Positions 50,434 through 62,865 of a stretch of 64,000 nucleotides of DNA are shown piece by piece (within the stretch, counting starts at the first letter, position 1; the number at the start of each line of letters is the position of its first letter). The position numbers were made by a program, and so were the translations under genes. Under the pieces are notes generated by a model. The model saw only the letters and a list, made by a program, of their open reading frames with translations, was not told the origin of the DNA and did no database searches. Origin of the DNA: Lama guanicoe (taxonomy: Eukaryota); the NCBI GenBank assembly GCA_013239625.1, contig MU053881.1:5417957-5481956 (forward strand). The letters are read 5' to 3'.

Positions 50434-52038
50434 GTGATCGAGAAGAACTTGAGTGGCTGGTGGTACATTCAGATTGAAGATAAGGAAGGCTGGGCCCCGG
50501 CGACCTTCATTGACAAGTATAAGAAGACGAGCAATGCCTCGAGACCCAACTTCCTGGCTCCCTTGCCCAACGAGGTGGCGCAGCTCCGGCTGGGGGACGC
50601 AGCAGCAATGGAGAACAGCACGGGCAGTGAAGCTGTCGGCCCCTCCCGGCCCCTGCCCGATGCCCCGCATGGTGCTGTGGACTCTGGGATGCCGTGGTCC
50701 AAAGACTGGAAGGGCGGTAAGGAGGTCCTGAGGAAGGCATCTTCAGACATGTCCTCTTGCGCAGGCTACGAGGAGATCTCGGACCCCGACCCGGAGGAGA
50801 AGCCCAGCCTCCCTCCCCGGAAAGAATCCATCATCAAGTCGGAAGGGGAGCTGCAGGAGCGGGAGCGGCAGAGGATGGAGCAGCTCAGGGGCTCTTCGCC
50901 CAAGCCTCCCGGCATGATCTTGCCAATGATTCCAGCCAAGCACGCCCCGCCGGCCCGGGACGGCAGGAAGTCAGAGCCCAAAGCTGACAAGAGCAAGTTG
51001 TTCCAGCTGAAAAATGAGATGGGGCTGGAATGTGGCCACAAAGTATTGGCCAAGGAAGTGAAGAAGCCCAACCTCCGACCTATCTCCAAATCCAAAGCTG
51101 ACCCACCGGAGGAGAAGCCGGAAGCCATCCCCCAGAACCCCTTCTTGAAGTCCAAACCTCAGGTTAGGCCAAAACCAGCTCCTTCCCCCAGGACAGACCC
51201 ACCTCAGGGCGAAGACCAAGTGGACATCTGTAACCTCAGGAGCAAGCTCAGGCCTGCCAAGTCCCAAGAGAAACCCTTGCTGGATGGGGAGAGTAGCCAC
51301 CAGGCTGTGGGAGGCCAGGACGGGGCCTTCAGCCGTAGCTTCCTCCCGGGGGAGGGGCCCGGCCGTGCCCAGGACAGGACAGGCAAACAGGATGGGCTCA
51401 GCCCGAAGGAGGTGTCCTGCAGAGCTCCTCCGAGGCCAGCCAAGACCGCAGAGCCTGTGCCTAAGAATGTGCCGGTCCCCCTCCAAGAGGCTTCCCAGCA
51501 GAGACCCGTGGTCCCGCCTCGCAGACCACCGCCCCCCAAGAAAACCTTGTCGTCCAGGCCCCCTCCAGAGGTCAGAGGGCTCCCTCCAGAGGTCAGAGGG
51601 CCCCCTCCAGAGGTCAGAGGGCCCCCTCCAGAGGTCAGAGGGCCACAGCGGGAGACCAGCGAAGGCAAGGCAGCTCCTGCCCCAGGCCGGGCCCTGCTCG
51701 TCCCTCCAAAAGCCAAACCTTTTCTTCTCAACTCCTCAGGGGGCCAAGATGACATGCGAGGCAAAGGTGGGCCAGGGCCACGGATGACGGGCAAGATGGG
51801 AGAAAACAAGGAGAGAGTGGCTGCCGCCCCCTTCCCCGACGCCGACGGCCCGAAGGACTCTTTGTATGTGGCCGTGGCCAACTTTGAAGGGGACGACGAC
51901 ACCAGCAGCTTCCAGGAGGGGACGGTGTTCGAGGTCCGGGAAAAGAACAGCAGCGGCTGGTGGTTCTGCCAGGTCCAGAGCGGGGCCCCCTCCTGGGAAG
52001 GGTGGATTCCTTCCAACTATCTCAGAAAGAAGCCGTAG
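50434..52038 (+). CDS. SH3PXD2B: SH3PXD2B terminal coding exon 13: end of SH3 #3, long proline-rich linker (includes GYEEI), SH3 #4, stop
   Basis: ccctcccttccag|GTG ATC GAG; 534-codon frame ending [17 protein letters not shown]. The first codon is an internal Val, not a start. Confidence 0.98.
   Translation: MIEKNLSGWWYIQIEDKEGWAPATFIDKYKKTSNASRPNFLAPLPNEVAQLRLGDAAAMENSTGSEAVGPSRPLPDAPHGAVDSGMPWSKDWKGGKEVLRKASSDMSSCAGYEEISDPDPEEKPSLPPRKESIIKSEGELQERERQRMEQLRGSSPKPPGMILPMIPAKHAPPARDGRKSEPKADKSKLFQLKNEMGLECGHKVLAKEVKKPNLRPISKSKADPPEEKPEAIPQNPFLKSKPQVRPKPAPSPRTDPPQGEDQVDICNLRSKLRPAKSQEKPLLDGESSHQAVGGQDGAFSRSFLPGEGPGRAQDRTGKQDGLSPKEVSCRAPPRPAKTAEPVPKNVPVPLQEASQQRPVVPPRRPPPPKKTLSSRPPPEVRGLPPEVRGPPPEVRGPPPEVRGPQRETSEGKAAPAPGRALLVPPKAKPFLLNSSGGQDDMRGKGGPGPRMTGKMGENKERVAAAPFPDADGPKDSLYVAVANFEGDDDTSSFQEGTVFEVREKNSSGWWFCQVQSGAPSWEGWIPSNYLRKKP
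51559..51642 (+). repeat. Coding minisatellite, 4 x 21 nt (CCCCCTCCAGAGGTCAGAGGG), encoding (P/L)PPEVRG x4
   Basis: Units start at 51559, 51580, 51601, 51622; only one substitution (unit 2). Confidence 0.97.
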
Positions 52039-55000
52039 CCTCCTCTCGCCCTGCCTGGAGGTCCTGCGTGTCCTGCCGGCTTTACCCACATATTTAATAT
52101 GCCTCTTAACTTATCATCCTCCACGCAGCTTCAAAGGATGGAAGACTGGAATACTGTGGTTTCTTCCCTCCCCTGGGTGGAGAGTGATCCTTCCCATCAC
52201 AGCGTCCCCTGGAGGCTCAAGAGGCCACACCCCTTCTGTTTACTCAGCATCTCTGCCTTAAGGCTAGTGGCGTTGCCACCCAGCAGCGGGACCATTTCTC
52301 TCCAAGGCCTCCAGGACTAGAACCCACCATCTGGAGAAACTACAGAAAGTGTCTCTCGTTGTTTGGATCAGGCAGAGTACGAGGAAGTACCCCCCAGCAC
52401 CCCACCCAGTCCATTGATGTCCAGAGACTTGATTCCCTCCGTTTCCAAAATGCCTGGTCCCCAAAAGAACTTCACCCTGTAGAAGTCGGCTCCGTTGCCG
52501 ATCCCAGGGAGGTGTCCTCTTCCCTGAGGCCTCAGGCCCATGGGCCTCTCAGGTTCAACCAGATGCAGCTGCCCCAGGAGTGGGCCTGGTGGTTCACGCA
52601 ACCATCCTGCCTCCCATCTTCTGTGCTGGGACACTGGTCAAAAGGAATGGTTCCAGCTCCAAACATGCCTCACTTCCCTGCTGCAGGCTCTGGTCCAGCC
52701 CAGGGCTTTTAAACGAGAATCCCCAGCCCACCCTGAGGGGGCCTTTCGCTTCTGCCCATCTAAAGCAAGAATCTCAGAGTGTTTAAATGAGGGGACCGTT
52801 CACAAGCCACGCCCCTTGTGAGCTCCCCTTTGCTGAGTAGCTAGTAAGTGCCAAACGCTGTACTTGGCACTTTACATTCGTGTCGAACCCTCACAACAAC
52901 CCTCTCATAATGTTGTACCTGTTTTATATCTGAGGAAACTCGGGCTCAAGGCACACTAGCTGGGAAGAGGATTTGAATTCAGGCTGGCCTGACTTCCATG
53001 CCTGTGCCCTCCCCCCGTAAGAGGCAAGCCAGGCAAGGGAAGAGGGAGACACTGGCTGGCTGGCTGCCAGGAGCAAGTAGCAAACTGGCTTACCTGGGGT
53101 GTGCGTGAGGGGGCCTTGGGGCTGCTCCCCCACCCCCCACCCCTCCGACTCATCGTAGCATCTACTGAAGGCTGCCCTGGACCCTGTATGGCTGCTCCGT
53201 GCAGGGGGATGCCCAGGGCCCTGTTTCCTGCTCCTGTGCTGGTGCCCCTGGGGGAGAAAGCTGATGGAGCAGAGGGAGCCGATGTGGTCTCACGTGCCAG
53301 CCTCGAGGGGCTCTGGTGGCTCAAGGGCCAGCAGCTGGATCTCCAGCAAACTGAGCATAGTAAGCAGTAGCCCTGTGAGGCAGTGGGGACCCAAGGGCCA
53401 GGCAGACCCCTCCTGTCCCTCTGCTGCTGCCTCCTGCCCTCTCCGGCACTAGAAGAGTGATTTTCTTTTTCTTTTTTTTTTCCTTTCCCCATGCACTCTC
53501 CCGCTCCGTGATCTCACTGGAAGGAACCCAGGGCAGCCCTTGCCCCCATTTTGACAGGTGTGGTTCACTGAGGCACAGCCACACTGCAGAACGAGGATCA
53601 GGACCCAGGGCTTCTGGCTCCCAGCCCAGAGCTCTTGCCTGCGGACCAGGCTGTCTGGGCGGGGGTCAGGGTGAGAGGGCAGCACCCCACCCGACCCTGC
53701 CCTGCAGGACAAGAGGAAGTGGTGCTGTCCTGCCCCAGAGATCTCTGGTGCAGAGTGTTCACCTGCTGCCCTGCTTCTGGAACCACCAGGCTGGCTTTCC
53801 TGGGGACGCCCGCTGTCTGCCTGCAGTGCCAAAGATTTCTTTCTGTGCCAACAGTCCTCTTCTGCTCTCCCTTCCCCACCCCTCCTCACTACCACTTGGG
53901 CTCTGGATGCTTCTATAAGAAAAAGAGCTTCCCCTGATCCACAGTAGCATCTTTATTCCTTCCTTCTATAGGTCAGTACATCCCATTGCCCCGAGATTCA
54001 TGAGACAGACCGTGAGGGGCCCTCACAGCGCCCTGCTGGCCCCTTGGCCCTGTGTCCAGCACCTGGGTCGGGGGGGTGGGCAGATCGCAGCTGGGGCAGA
54101 ATGGAGATTGGGAGAGGGCCGCCCACTCTCCAAGGTCCTCGCTTGGGAAGAAGCGCCAATGCACGTTTTCCTGAGGTTTTGACCCACTTTGCCGTAAACA
54201 CCGTTTGTGAAGCCGACGTGCAGGATTTGACTACATTTCGAAAAACAGAACCCTAGATTTTTTTCTTTTCTGATTCTCTTTCTGCTTTCACTGACCTCTT
54301 CAAACATTTTGTGAGTGCCTACTATGTGCTAGGCGCTGGACATAGACCAGGCTGCGGGTGGCTCCGCACCTGGCTGTGAAGAACTTAGATTTTTGTGTGC
54401 AAATTCCACTGAGGGGGCCTGTCTTTGGCCTCGTGCCCTCCCCCCTGGGGTCAGCTGGGGGGGGATGGGCTGGTTCTGTCTTTCTCTGGGCAGAAAGTTT
54501 TCCTGAAAATGAAAGGATTAGCCTTTTGATTATTATTATTATTATTCTGACATGGACTGATGGTACTGAAGCCACACTTCTCTGTGTTCACCATTCTTTC
54601 CTCAGGACACATCTATAACCTGAGGACACTCCCCTTCAGCTCCTTTTGCCACAGTGATGGCATGTCCCCAGACAGCTGCAGGCAAGGGGTCCTGATACCC
54701 AGTGACTCTCCCCAGCTGTCCTCGCCTGGGGATTTCAGTTTTCCACCATCCAGGACTGTAGCCATCATTCTGTGAGCAGTGGACGGAGTATATGCAAAGT
54801 CCCCTGGAGTTAGCACCGTGGAAAATGTCCAGGGTCATAGGAATAACTCCCGTGCCAAGCCCCGGGCAGGTTACCGGTGCTTAAGCATGCTCCCTCCCTT
54901 CACTTCATCCTCACAGCCACCCTGTGAGGTGCATAGGATCAGCCCCGATCCGTAGTGAGAAAATTGAGGGTCAGAGGATGACGTCTCGTGCCCAGCTTCA

Positions 55001-55123
55001 TCCAAACAGTGACCAAGCTGAGACCTGAATCCAGGCGTTTTTTCTCCCCAGTTACCATGACTTTTCCTCTGCCATCTGTGGTGAAAGATTCATGGCATTT
55101 CCAGAGAAGCAGGTGACCCTCTC

Positions 55124-55240
55124 TTTTTTTTTTTAATTAATTTTTCCTCTTTTTTTTTTTTTCTTAACGGAGGTACTGGGGAATGAACCCAGGACCTTGT
55201 GCATGCTAAGCATGTGCTTTACCACTGAGCTACACCCTCC
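55124..55240 (-). mobile_element. tRNA-Ala-derived SINE, antisense within the 3' UTR
   Basis: poly(T), GGAGGTACTGGGGAATGAACCCAGG...CTGAGCTACACCCTCCC. Confidence 0.88.
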
Positions 55241-57045
55241 CTGCCCAATTTTGGTTTTTTCTCCCCTCACCCCATGATCACACATGTCAGTAGGTCACAG
55301 GCCAAACACTAGCCTGAAAAAGGCAGGCAGGGGTGGGTTTTAGTCCTTTGCTTGTGATGATTGTCTAATGTTACAACTTAGGGCAGACCTACTGCTAGGG
55401 GGAGCACCAGATCTTTGGAAAATCAGAGTTTTAGGACCACCACTTGATAAAACGGGCCTTTGCTCAAGTTTTTCACTTGGAATTTCTTTGCCCGTTTGGT
55501 GGGTTTAAATCCTTATCTGAAGAAGAGATGTAGGGAGAAGCTGGGCTCCAGCTCACACCACTCTTAAGTGCCCTGCCCCGCCCAGGAGTTGTTCAGGTCC
55601 CATCAGGCTTCTAGCAACCACGGTGAGCGTCCTCCACAGAGCCTCCTCCAACTTCTTGGCCTTAAAACATTTCTGGGCCCACTGGGGATTCCCTTACCAT
55701 GTTGAACATAGAAAAACAAACTTGCCATCTTGCAAGACACATGCCAGATCTCCCCAAGGTTTGGAAGGCCCTTGGCTTAAGCTGAGGGACGAACAGTCTA
55801 GCATTTACTCAGCCTGTACCAAGGACGCAGCACTGAGTGGGATGAGGAAGAAATTGCTCCTGCCCTCAGATAGCTGCCGACGTGCCAGCACCAAGGATGG
55901 GAACATTCAGGGCCTGGCTTCCATCCTTTCGCCGTGTCTGACCCAGTGTTGGGTCAGGCCGCTCCCTGGGAAGTCTTGCCCTCCACTTGGGGCTGTGACA
56001 GTGGACACCGGACAGCCTGAGTCATGCGCGGCAGTCTTGCCCCCTCCTTGGTTGTCCAGGCGCATCCTTCAGGGCTCTTGCTGCAAACAGCCATACCACA
56101 CCATAGACCAAAGATTACCTGTTGTCAGACCGTGTGGTCTGCATGAGTGGGGAACTGGCTTGTGCTGAGGCCTGAGGGTACGGGGAGCCCTCCACTAGCC
56201 TGGAGGAAGTGCTCCTAACTGGGCTGAGCTTCTCACACCCAGGTGGACCTCCACCCGTGAAGGTCACAGAGTTATGGAGTTCAAACCAGGAGGCTCCATG
56301 ATCTGTCTGCTCACAGACCCCCTGTGCAGGGCCCCTGCCACCGACTTGACCATCCAGCCCCGTGGGGCAATGTCTGGTGCTACCCTGCCAAGTTACCAAC
56401 CCCCCATCATGTTTCAACAGTCCATCTTTCCTGTTTTTATCCTCTGCTCCAAAGTAGGCCTTCTTAGCTCCAGCCAGGGACAAGGGACTCCACCTCTGTT
56501 ATCCCCGAAGAGGCCAATCCCAGTGCCGCAGCCAGTAGCCTTCACATTCAAGTCTTGCATAAACGTACAAGAGGAGGTGGGCCCCACCAGGCTTATTACA
56601 GCAATAAGCAATTCTAACAGGACTAAGGTAACCACGTGTCACCCCAGTGTGTGCCTGTCTGCACCACTGTGCCTACATAACTGTTAACAAGGCCCCTTTC
56701 ACTCTCACAGGGGTGATAAACTGGTCACCTTGGCTGCAACCCACATTTCCTGCTACAGGGAGCCACCAAGTAACGGGCCATTTCACACATCCCTCCAGGA
56801 ACGGTGGACTCTGAGCACCACCCCAGCACCTCATGTCTTCTCTAGGGTGATCCCTGGATGTCTCAGCACTCCTCAGACCCTCGGCAAGCTGACAGATTTG
56901 GCGATGTTTTTTGTCTTAATAGACACACACACACACAAGGCTATATAATGTGAGGGGGAGGGGTGGTGAACAATGAATTAGCTGTAGCATGTATAGACTA
57001 TCTACTTTACCATTAGACGTCTCTTTTTCTTTTTTTTTTTTTTTA

Positions 57046-57051
57046 AATAAA
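57046..57051 (+). terminator. Polyadenylation signal AATAAA
   Basis: Upstream TGTA motifs (56983, 56990) and U-rich run; GU-rich sequence downstream. Confidence 0.75.
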
Positions 57052-60000
57052 GTGCTTGACTGGTTTCAAGCTTCATTGTGAAGATGCAGTGTCTACGGAT
57101 GTTATTTGGCTGAAGAAAGGATGCCTGGCTCTGTGCCCTGGCATCTTGGTCTGGAATTTTGGAGTCAAAGAGCAGATGTGAGCTGTTTGGGCATTGCCTA
57201 GAAATAGGGGTGACCCCTCTCTCTGGACCCAAGTGCACTTGAATTCTTTTAACTACAATGTCCAGAAACCAAGAGAAAGCTGGTATTCGCTGGATCTCTC
57301 CCACATCTTCCCAGCTGTGTGCCTAAAGGTAGAAAATGTCACATGTCCAGAGTCTTGAACCCATAACTGGCCTTGCCTGCCGATGGTCAGGGGGGTGTGG
57401 GGTGCCTCCGTGGCTGGGCCACGGGGACTGCCTCAGCCGTCAGCTCCTGGAAAGTGGAAGGTGTTGCCTGATGTTTTATTACTTTCCCAAGGGCACAGCC
57501 AAGGCAAAAACCAACTCCCAGTGTAGAGTCTTCTTGGTCCTAGGTGAATCTTCAAACAAAATGACACTATGAGCCCCGCCTTCCTAGGAAGAGAAGACTA
57601 GAACCAGCAGAGTCCCTGAACAGAAGAACTTCAAAGGGGAAAATTTAGATACAATGCTCATCCCAGCTTAGAGGAAACAGTTTAAAGCAATGATCTTCTG
57701 GTGCACCTTACTTAGGAATAATCTTCATTCATATATTAATCTCTTTTCCCATAAGAAGGAAAAATCATTATGTGGTTTAGGCCCTGCCTTGGGAGCATTT
57801 TCTTGCAAATCTTCCAAACCAAGAGTGCTTAGGCACCAGAATACAGCTGGCCTTGACAATGGCCTGGGTTTCCCAGGGCGGGTGTGCAGGGGCTCCTGAG
57901 CCTCGTGGGATGGGATGGGAACTAGACCATGGTCAGGAGTCAAACCTTATTTCGTCTCTATGGGGTCTCTTACCCATTACCTTCCTTCAGGTCTCACTTG
58001 GAACTGGCACACACCACTCCCTCTCCACTGTTTCAGGAAGCCACACCAGGCACGAGCCAGTGCACATACCGGCAAACACTCCACTCCTCCTAGGGGGTCA
58101 TGGTGCATCGAGGGGGTCCCAGACTCACATCGTGGGGCTGCTCTTCTCCCAGTCCGGAGTTTTTAACATCCTTTCCTTCTCTAGATCATGTCCATCTGGT
58201 CCAGGTGTGACTCCTCACCATCTTGCCACCCCTGCCTTCCCATCAATGGTTCTCAAGTTTTAGTGACCATAAGATTTAGGCAGGGAGCTTGTCAAAGCAT
58301 CCATCCCAGGGCTGCATCCCCTGAAAGTCGGAATCAAGAGTCTGCATCCTTAAAAAGTACATTGTGAGGAAATGGTCTATAGGCACCACTTCTAAGAAAC
58401 GACCAGTCTCATCACCTAGCCTGGCGCAGTAAGTGTTCAAAAATGGTGCTTCATACTATTACTACCAATGTCACTGTTGTTATTGTGAGCATTTGCTGCG
58501 TCCCGTTCCAGGCCTGCAGGGCAGTTTACGCACACTTTTCATTTCATCCTCAAAATGCTCAGGATATGAGGGCGCTAAGTTTCAGAATGGCGAAGACACT
58601 AGACCAAGGTCTCACGCAGCTAGTGCATGGCGCGTCTGGCCCTAAAGCTGGCTTTTTCACTCCGTGCTGTGCCCCCTCCCAAATGCTAATTAAGGCACAT
58701 GTCTCATCCTGATGTAATTATTTCCTGGATTCAAAATCATATTCAAGAACTACTTTCTCTTTCCAAAACCCAATGCTGAAATTAAGGGGGAAAGATCTGA
58801 TAACACAAATTACACGCTATCGGCTGGTTACCTTACGGATTTTATCTCTTTGATCTTCACTACAATTCTTCCAGGTAAGGATTATTATACCCACTTTATG
58901 GATGAAGAAATTAATAGTCTGAGAGACTCTTTACCCGTTGTCACAGCTATTATGAGGAAGCCCTTGGATAGCTCCCTTTTTAATAGACCATCACAGCTCC
59001 CCAATCTATAATCTTTCTATTCAGCATTTTTCAAGGTGTGTTCTCCAGTACAAATGTCGATACATAGTGTCTGAAATAAGTGTTTTGTGGACACGTTAAT
59101 TTGAGAAGTGCTCGGTGAAATAAAGTTAAACAGGTTTTTTTGGTTTGTTTTTTGTTTTTTGTTTGCAGGACTTCTTGAAAGAAACCCCTTGTGTAATAAT
59201 ATGCAGTACTTGCCTGTGAAGCCATTCACAGAGCATCTAGCAAGAGCAGTCATTTCACATAATAAACTCTGGAAAATGTCAAATTTTACATTTCGACCCT
59301 ACTTTGAATTCCGAACCACAGTCCTTAGCTGGTTCCTCCTCTTCCGGCTGTAACTCCGCCCCTCACTGCGGCCCAGGCATCAGTGCTGACATTCACAGCG
59401 TTGTGAGTCCAAAATGCCTCTTGGAATGGAGAGCTGCACGTGAACTTGAAGGTTTCCTCTTTGCTGTTGGTCTCACTTGGAGCTCTCTGAGTGGGTTTCC
59501 CCATGACAAGATCGCCACTCAAGTAGGAAGCTGTTCAGAAAATAGATTCCAGGAGTGGACTGTGTGTTCTACCTCATACACAAGTTTTCCTTTAGACACC
59601 TGGAGGTTCGTAGCGGTGTCCACTCAGACGCATATTAGGAAAGCCCAGGTTCATCTCCTCTTAAGATCCAGGAGGCCCATATCCTACAATAAACCATGTT
59701 CTAGGATTCTCTTTCAACTGCGGGGAAGTAACTTGGCCACATGCTTGTACAGTAGAGTACAGAATAGTGGCCTTCAAGTGGTTGTCACTGGGTACCGTCA
59801 ATAAAAATGTTTAGCACATATGCAGTAATAACTATGTAAAATGCATGAATTACTCAACAGATACATCACGTACAACATTGTTAAGTGGAAAATTCTCAGA
59901 CCCCGCATGCCTAGTGTTTCCTTCCACAAGAAGGGTGCTCCATTAGCAGAGCGCCCCCACCCTCCCTCTGTCTCCTTAGGGGAGAAGAAGGAATTGTCTG

Positions 60001-60834
60001 GATAACTGACATTTAGGGGAGCAGGAACCAGGCATGCACAGCTCAGCCTCTCCCTCTCTCCTGTGTGGGGAGCACCCCTTCCCCACCGCCCCTGACAGTG
60101 GGAGACTCTGTGGTGAAGGGGCCCCCACACAAGGAGTCCCGTGCTTTTCAGGGGTGCCGGTGACTGGATCCATGAACGTGATTATTCCTGAAGTTCAGCC
60201 TTAGGAAGCCCATGACCGCCGCACACCTCACCTAAGCCAGACTCTCCCACGGCTCTCTCAAGATTAAAGGTGACATTTTGCTCCCCAGGTCCCACCTCCC
60301 TCTGTCTCTCTCAGTGACTTCTGAACTCAGGTGAGGAGAAAGGGGAGCAGTTGATGAATCTCCTCCAAAACTGTCAATTGGCTACTAGTTTAGGCAAATT
60401 TTAGCAGATTTATTATAATAATTATTATATATTACAATAAAATATATATACAAAATTTAAAGTGAAGGATAAACTAAAAATATATGTAATGAAAAGATCT
60501 AATTTTTCACTGCGCTCCAATGGCTTGTCTTAGCCACGCCCTGGGATGCAGGGACCCTCCTTTGTAAACCACTGGCAAAGGAACAGTGATGGGCACCGGG
60601 GTGAGACCTGGGTTTGAGTTCTGGCTCTGACACACACTACTTCTCTGCTACTCAGCGTTCTCATCTGTAAAATGGGGACCATCTTGCTTTTCCCACAGAG
60701 TTGCTCTGACAGTTAATGGCAATAATGCCCGCCTGACACATAGTAGGCACATCTAACAGCACATTATCATTATTATTGCTTCTATGAAGAGTAAAAGAGA
60801 ATTAACGGTCTTCAGATATTTTCATTGCCTAGTA

Positions 60835-61045
60835 CAGGAGTTGGCAAACTTTTTCTTAAAGAGTCAGATAGTAAATATTTGGGGCTCTGGGAACCAAAAG
60901 GCAAAACCAGAAGGTTATGCAAGGACTTACATAACTATTTAAAATGGAACCATTTGAACATGTAAAAACCACCCTTAGTTCTGTGGAAAAAAAAAGCCGC
61001 TGGATGGTTTCAGCCCAAGGGCTGTTATAGTTTGCTGACCCCCTG
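60835..61045. mobile_element. MER58-like hAT-Charlie element
   Basis: TIRs caggagttggcaaact ... agtttgctgaccccctg. Confidence 0.8.
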
Positions 61046-61593
61046 ACCTGGTGTATATTCAGCTCCTATTTTATTATTTTTCTCTAAATGGAAGTTTTTC
61101 CACAGTGTGTTTATGGAACATCAGTCCCTCACATGATCATGAAAAAGCACTGTGTGGTCAGATCCATTTGGCAAACGCTTGCATGAGAATTCTCCAAGCC
61201 CCTCTGCTTGGAACCTGTGTCCCACACTAACACGCTCTGAGGATCTGGCAGTAATGATGCTTAGTACAAAAACCCTGTTTAATCCAGTGTCCCAAGATGT
61301 ATTTCACAACAGAACTCTTTTTTGTGTAACAGTTTACGAACGTCCCCCAGAACGTACTCTGGAAAACGCTGCTATAGATCTTAGAATTTAACGGTTATTC
61401 ACAATCTCACTGTATTAAATTGAGTTTTTGCTCCAATGATGCATACATCTGAGGAATCAGACTTGGATGCTGTGTGTTAGTTACTACCTTCAGCAGAGTT
61501 AACCAGGCCAACTTGGTCTTCAGTTTGCGAGAACGGCAGATTTGCTGATTTTTCTCCCTGTGTTTATCACGGGACCATAAGAGTGTTCACTTG

Positions 61594-61718
61594 TTGTGGG
61601 GGAGGGCATAGCTCAGAGATACAGCACATGCTTAGCATGCAAGAGGTCCTGGGTTCAATCCCCAGTACCTTCATTATTAAAAAAAAAGAAGAAGAAGAAG
61701 AAGAAGATGACGACGAAG
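61594..61718 (+). mobile_element. tRNA-Ala-derived SINE with (GAA)n/(GAC)n tail
   Basis: TSD aaga(g/c)tg(t/c)tcacttg at 61579 and 61719. Confidence 0.9.
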
Positions 61719-61884
61719 AAGACTGCTCACTTGGGGAAGCTCTGTGGAAGTACCCCTTAGAAGGATCAAGGTGCCTCACATCTTGGGAAGCAGGTAGCAG
61801 CTACTGCGTGTCCTTGGAGAAGATTGGAGAACCAGGGTACATCCTTGCTGCTGAGAACATGAATTTGCTTAACGACTTTCACTG

Positions 61885-62345
61885 TATTTTGTGTGTGTGT
61901 ATTAAAATATACATAACATAAAATTTACCATTTCAACCATTTTTAAGTGTACAGTTGAGTGGCATTATGCACATTCACATTGTGCAGTAATCACCACCGT
62001 CCATCTCTAGAACTGACTCGTCTTCCTCAAGTCAAACTCTGTACCCATTAAACAACTCTCCAACCCCCCATCTCCCCCAGGTCCCTGACAACCACCATTC
62101 CACTTTCCATCTCTGAGTGTGACCACTCTAGGTACCTCACATAAGTGGGATCATACAGTATTTGTCTCTCTGTGACTGGCTCACTTCACTTAACTTAATG
62201 GCCTCAAGGTCCACCCATGTTGTACCACGTGTCGGAATTTTCCTCCTTTTTAAAGCTGAATAATACTCCATGGTCTGCTTATACCACATTGTGTTTATCC
62301 ATTCATCTGCTGAGGGACACTTGAATTGCTTCCATTTTTCAGCCT
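61885..62345 (-). mobile_element. L1 3' UTR, antisense
   Basis: aaatttaccatttcaaccatttttaagtgtacag...ggtacctcacataagtgggatcatacagtatttgtc. Confidence 0.88.
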
Positions 62346-62525
62346 TAACAATGACAGGACAGAGCCAACCAAATCGGAGCAAGTTTTTTTTTGGAGTCAA
62401 TCTGCCTATATATTCTGCATATTGTGATGACTCATCTCTAATGGAGATACTGGGAAAACCTTTGTTAAAGCAGCACGTTGTGGTGCATGCAGCCCTCATT
62501 TGGTGTCAACACATCACTTAGGTAT

Positions 62526-62865
62526 TGTCTTAGTCCATTCAGGCCACTACAACAAAGTGCTATAGACTGGCTGGCTTAGAATCGACAGAAATTTATTTCT
62601 CACGGTTCTGGGGGCTGGAAGCCTGAGACCAGGGTGACTGTTGGGTTCTGGTGAGGACCCTTTTCTGGGCTGCAGACTGCTGACCTCTCGCTGTATTCTT
62701 ACATGGCAGAAAGAGAGCAAGCTAGCTTTCTGGCCTCTTCTTATAAGGGTGTTAATCTCATGTGATGACCTAATTACCTCCCAGAGGCCCCACGTCCAAA
62801 TACCATCACGTTGAGGATTCAATTTCAACATATGGAGGCGGGGCACAAACATTCAGTCCATAAAC
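62526..62865 (-). mobile_element. MaLR MLT1A-type solo LTR
   Basis: tgtcttagtccattcaggcc...cacaaacattcagtccata. Confidence 0.85.

Larger units (their letters stand above)
52039..57075 (+). other. SH3PXD2B: Long 3' UTR of SH3PXD2B (end approximate)
   Basis: Runs from the stop codon to the first well-formed poly(A) signal at 57046. Confidence 0.7.

Noticed and set aside
51559..51642. CRISPR-like array
   Set aside because: Head-to-tail repeat without spacers in a eukaryotic coding exon
51204..52016. 270-aa antisense ORF with LTSGGGP repeats (and other ORFs overlapping exon 13)
   Set aside because: Shadow of the GC-rich TKS4 coding exon; no independent evidence
52040..57000. Many 60-180 aa ORFs in the 3' UTR
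   Set aside because: Expected by chance in GC-rich sequence; no recognisable domains or splice structure
61583..61921. ORF with acidic EEEEEEDDDEE run
   Set aside because: Derived from a SINE and its (GAA)n tail
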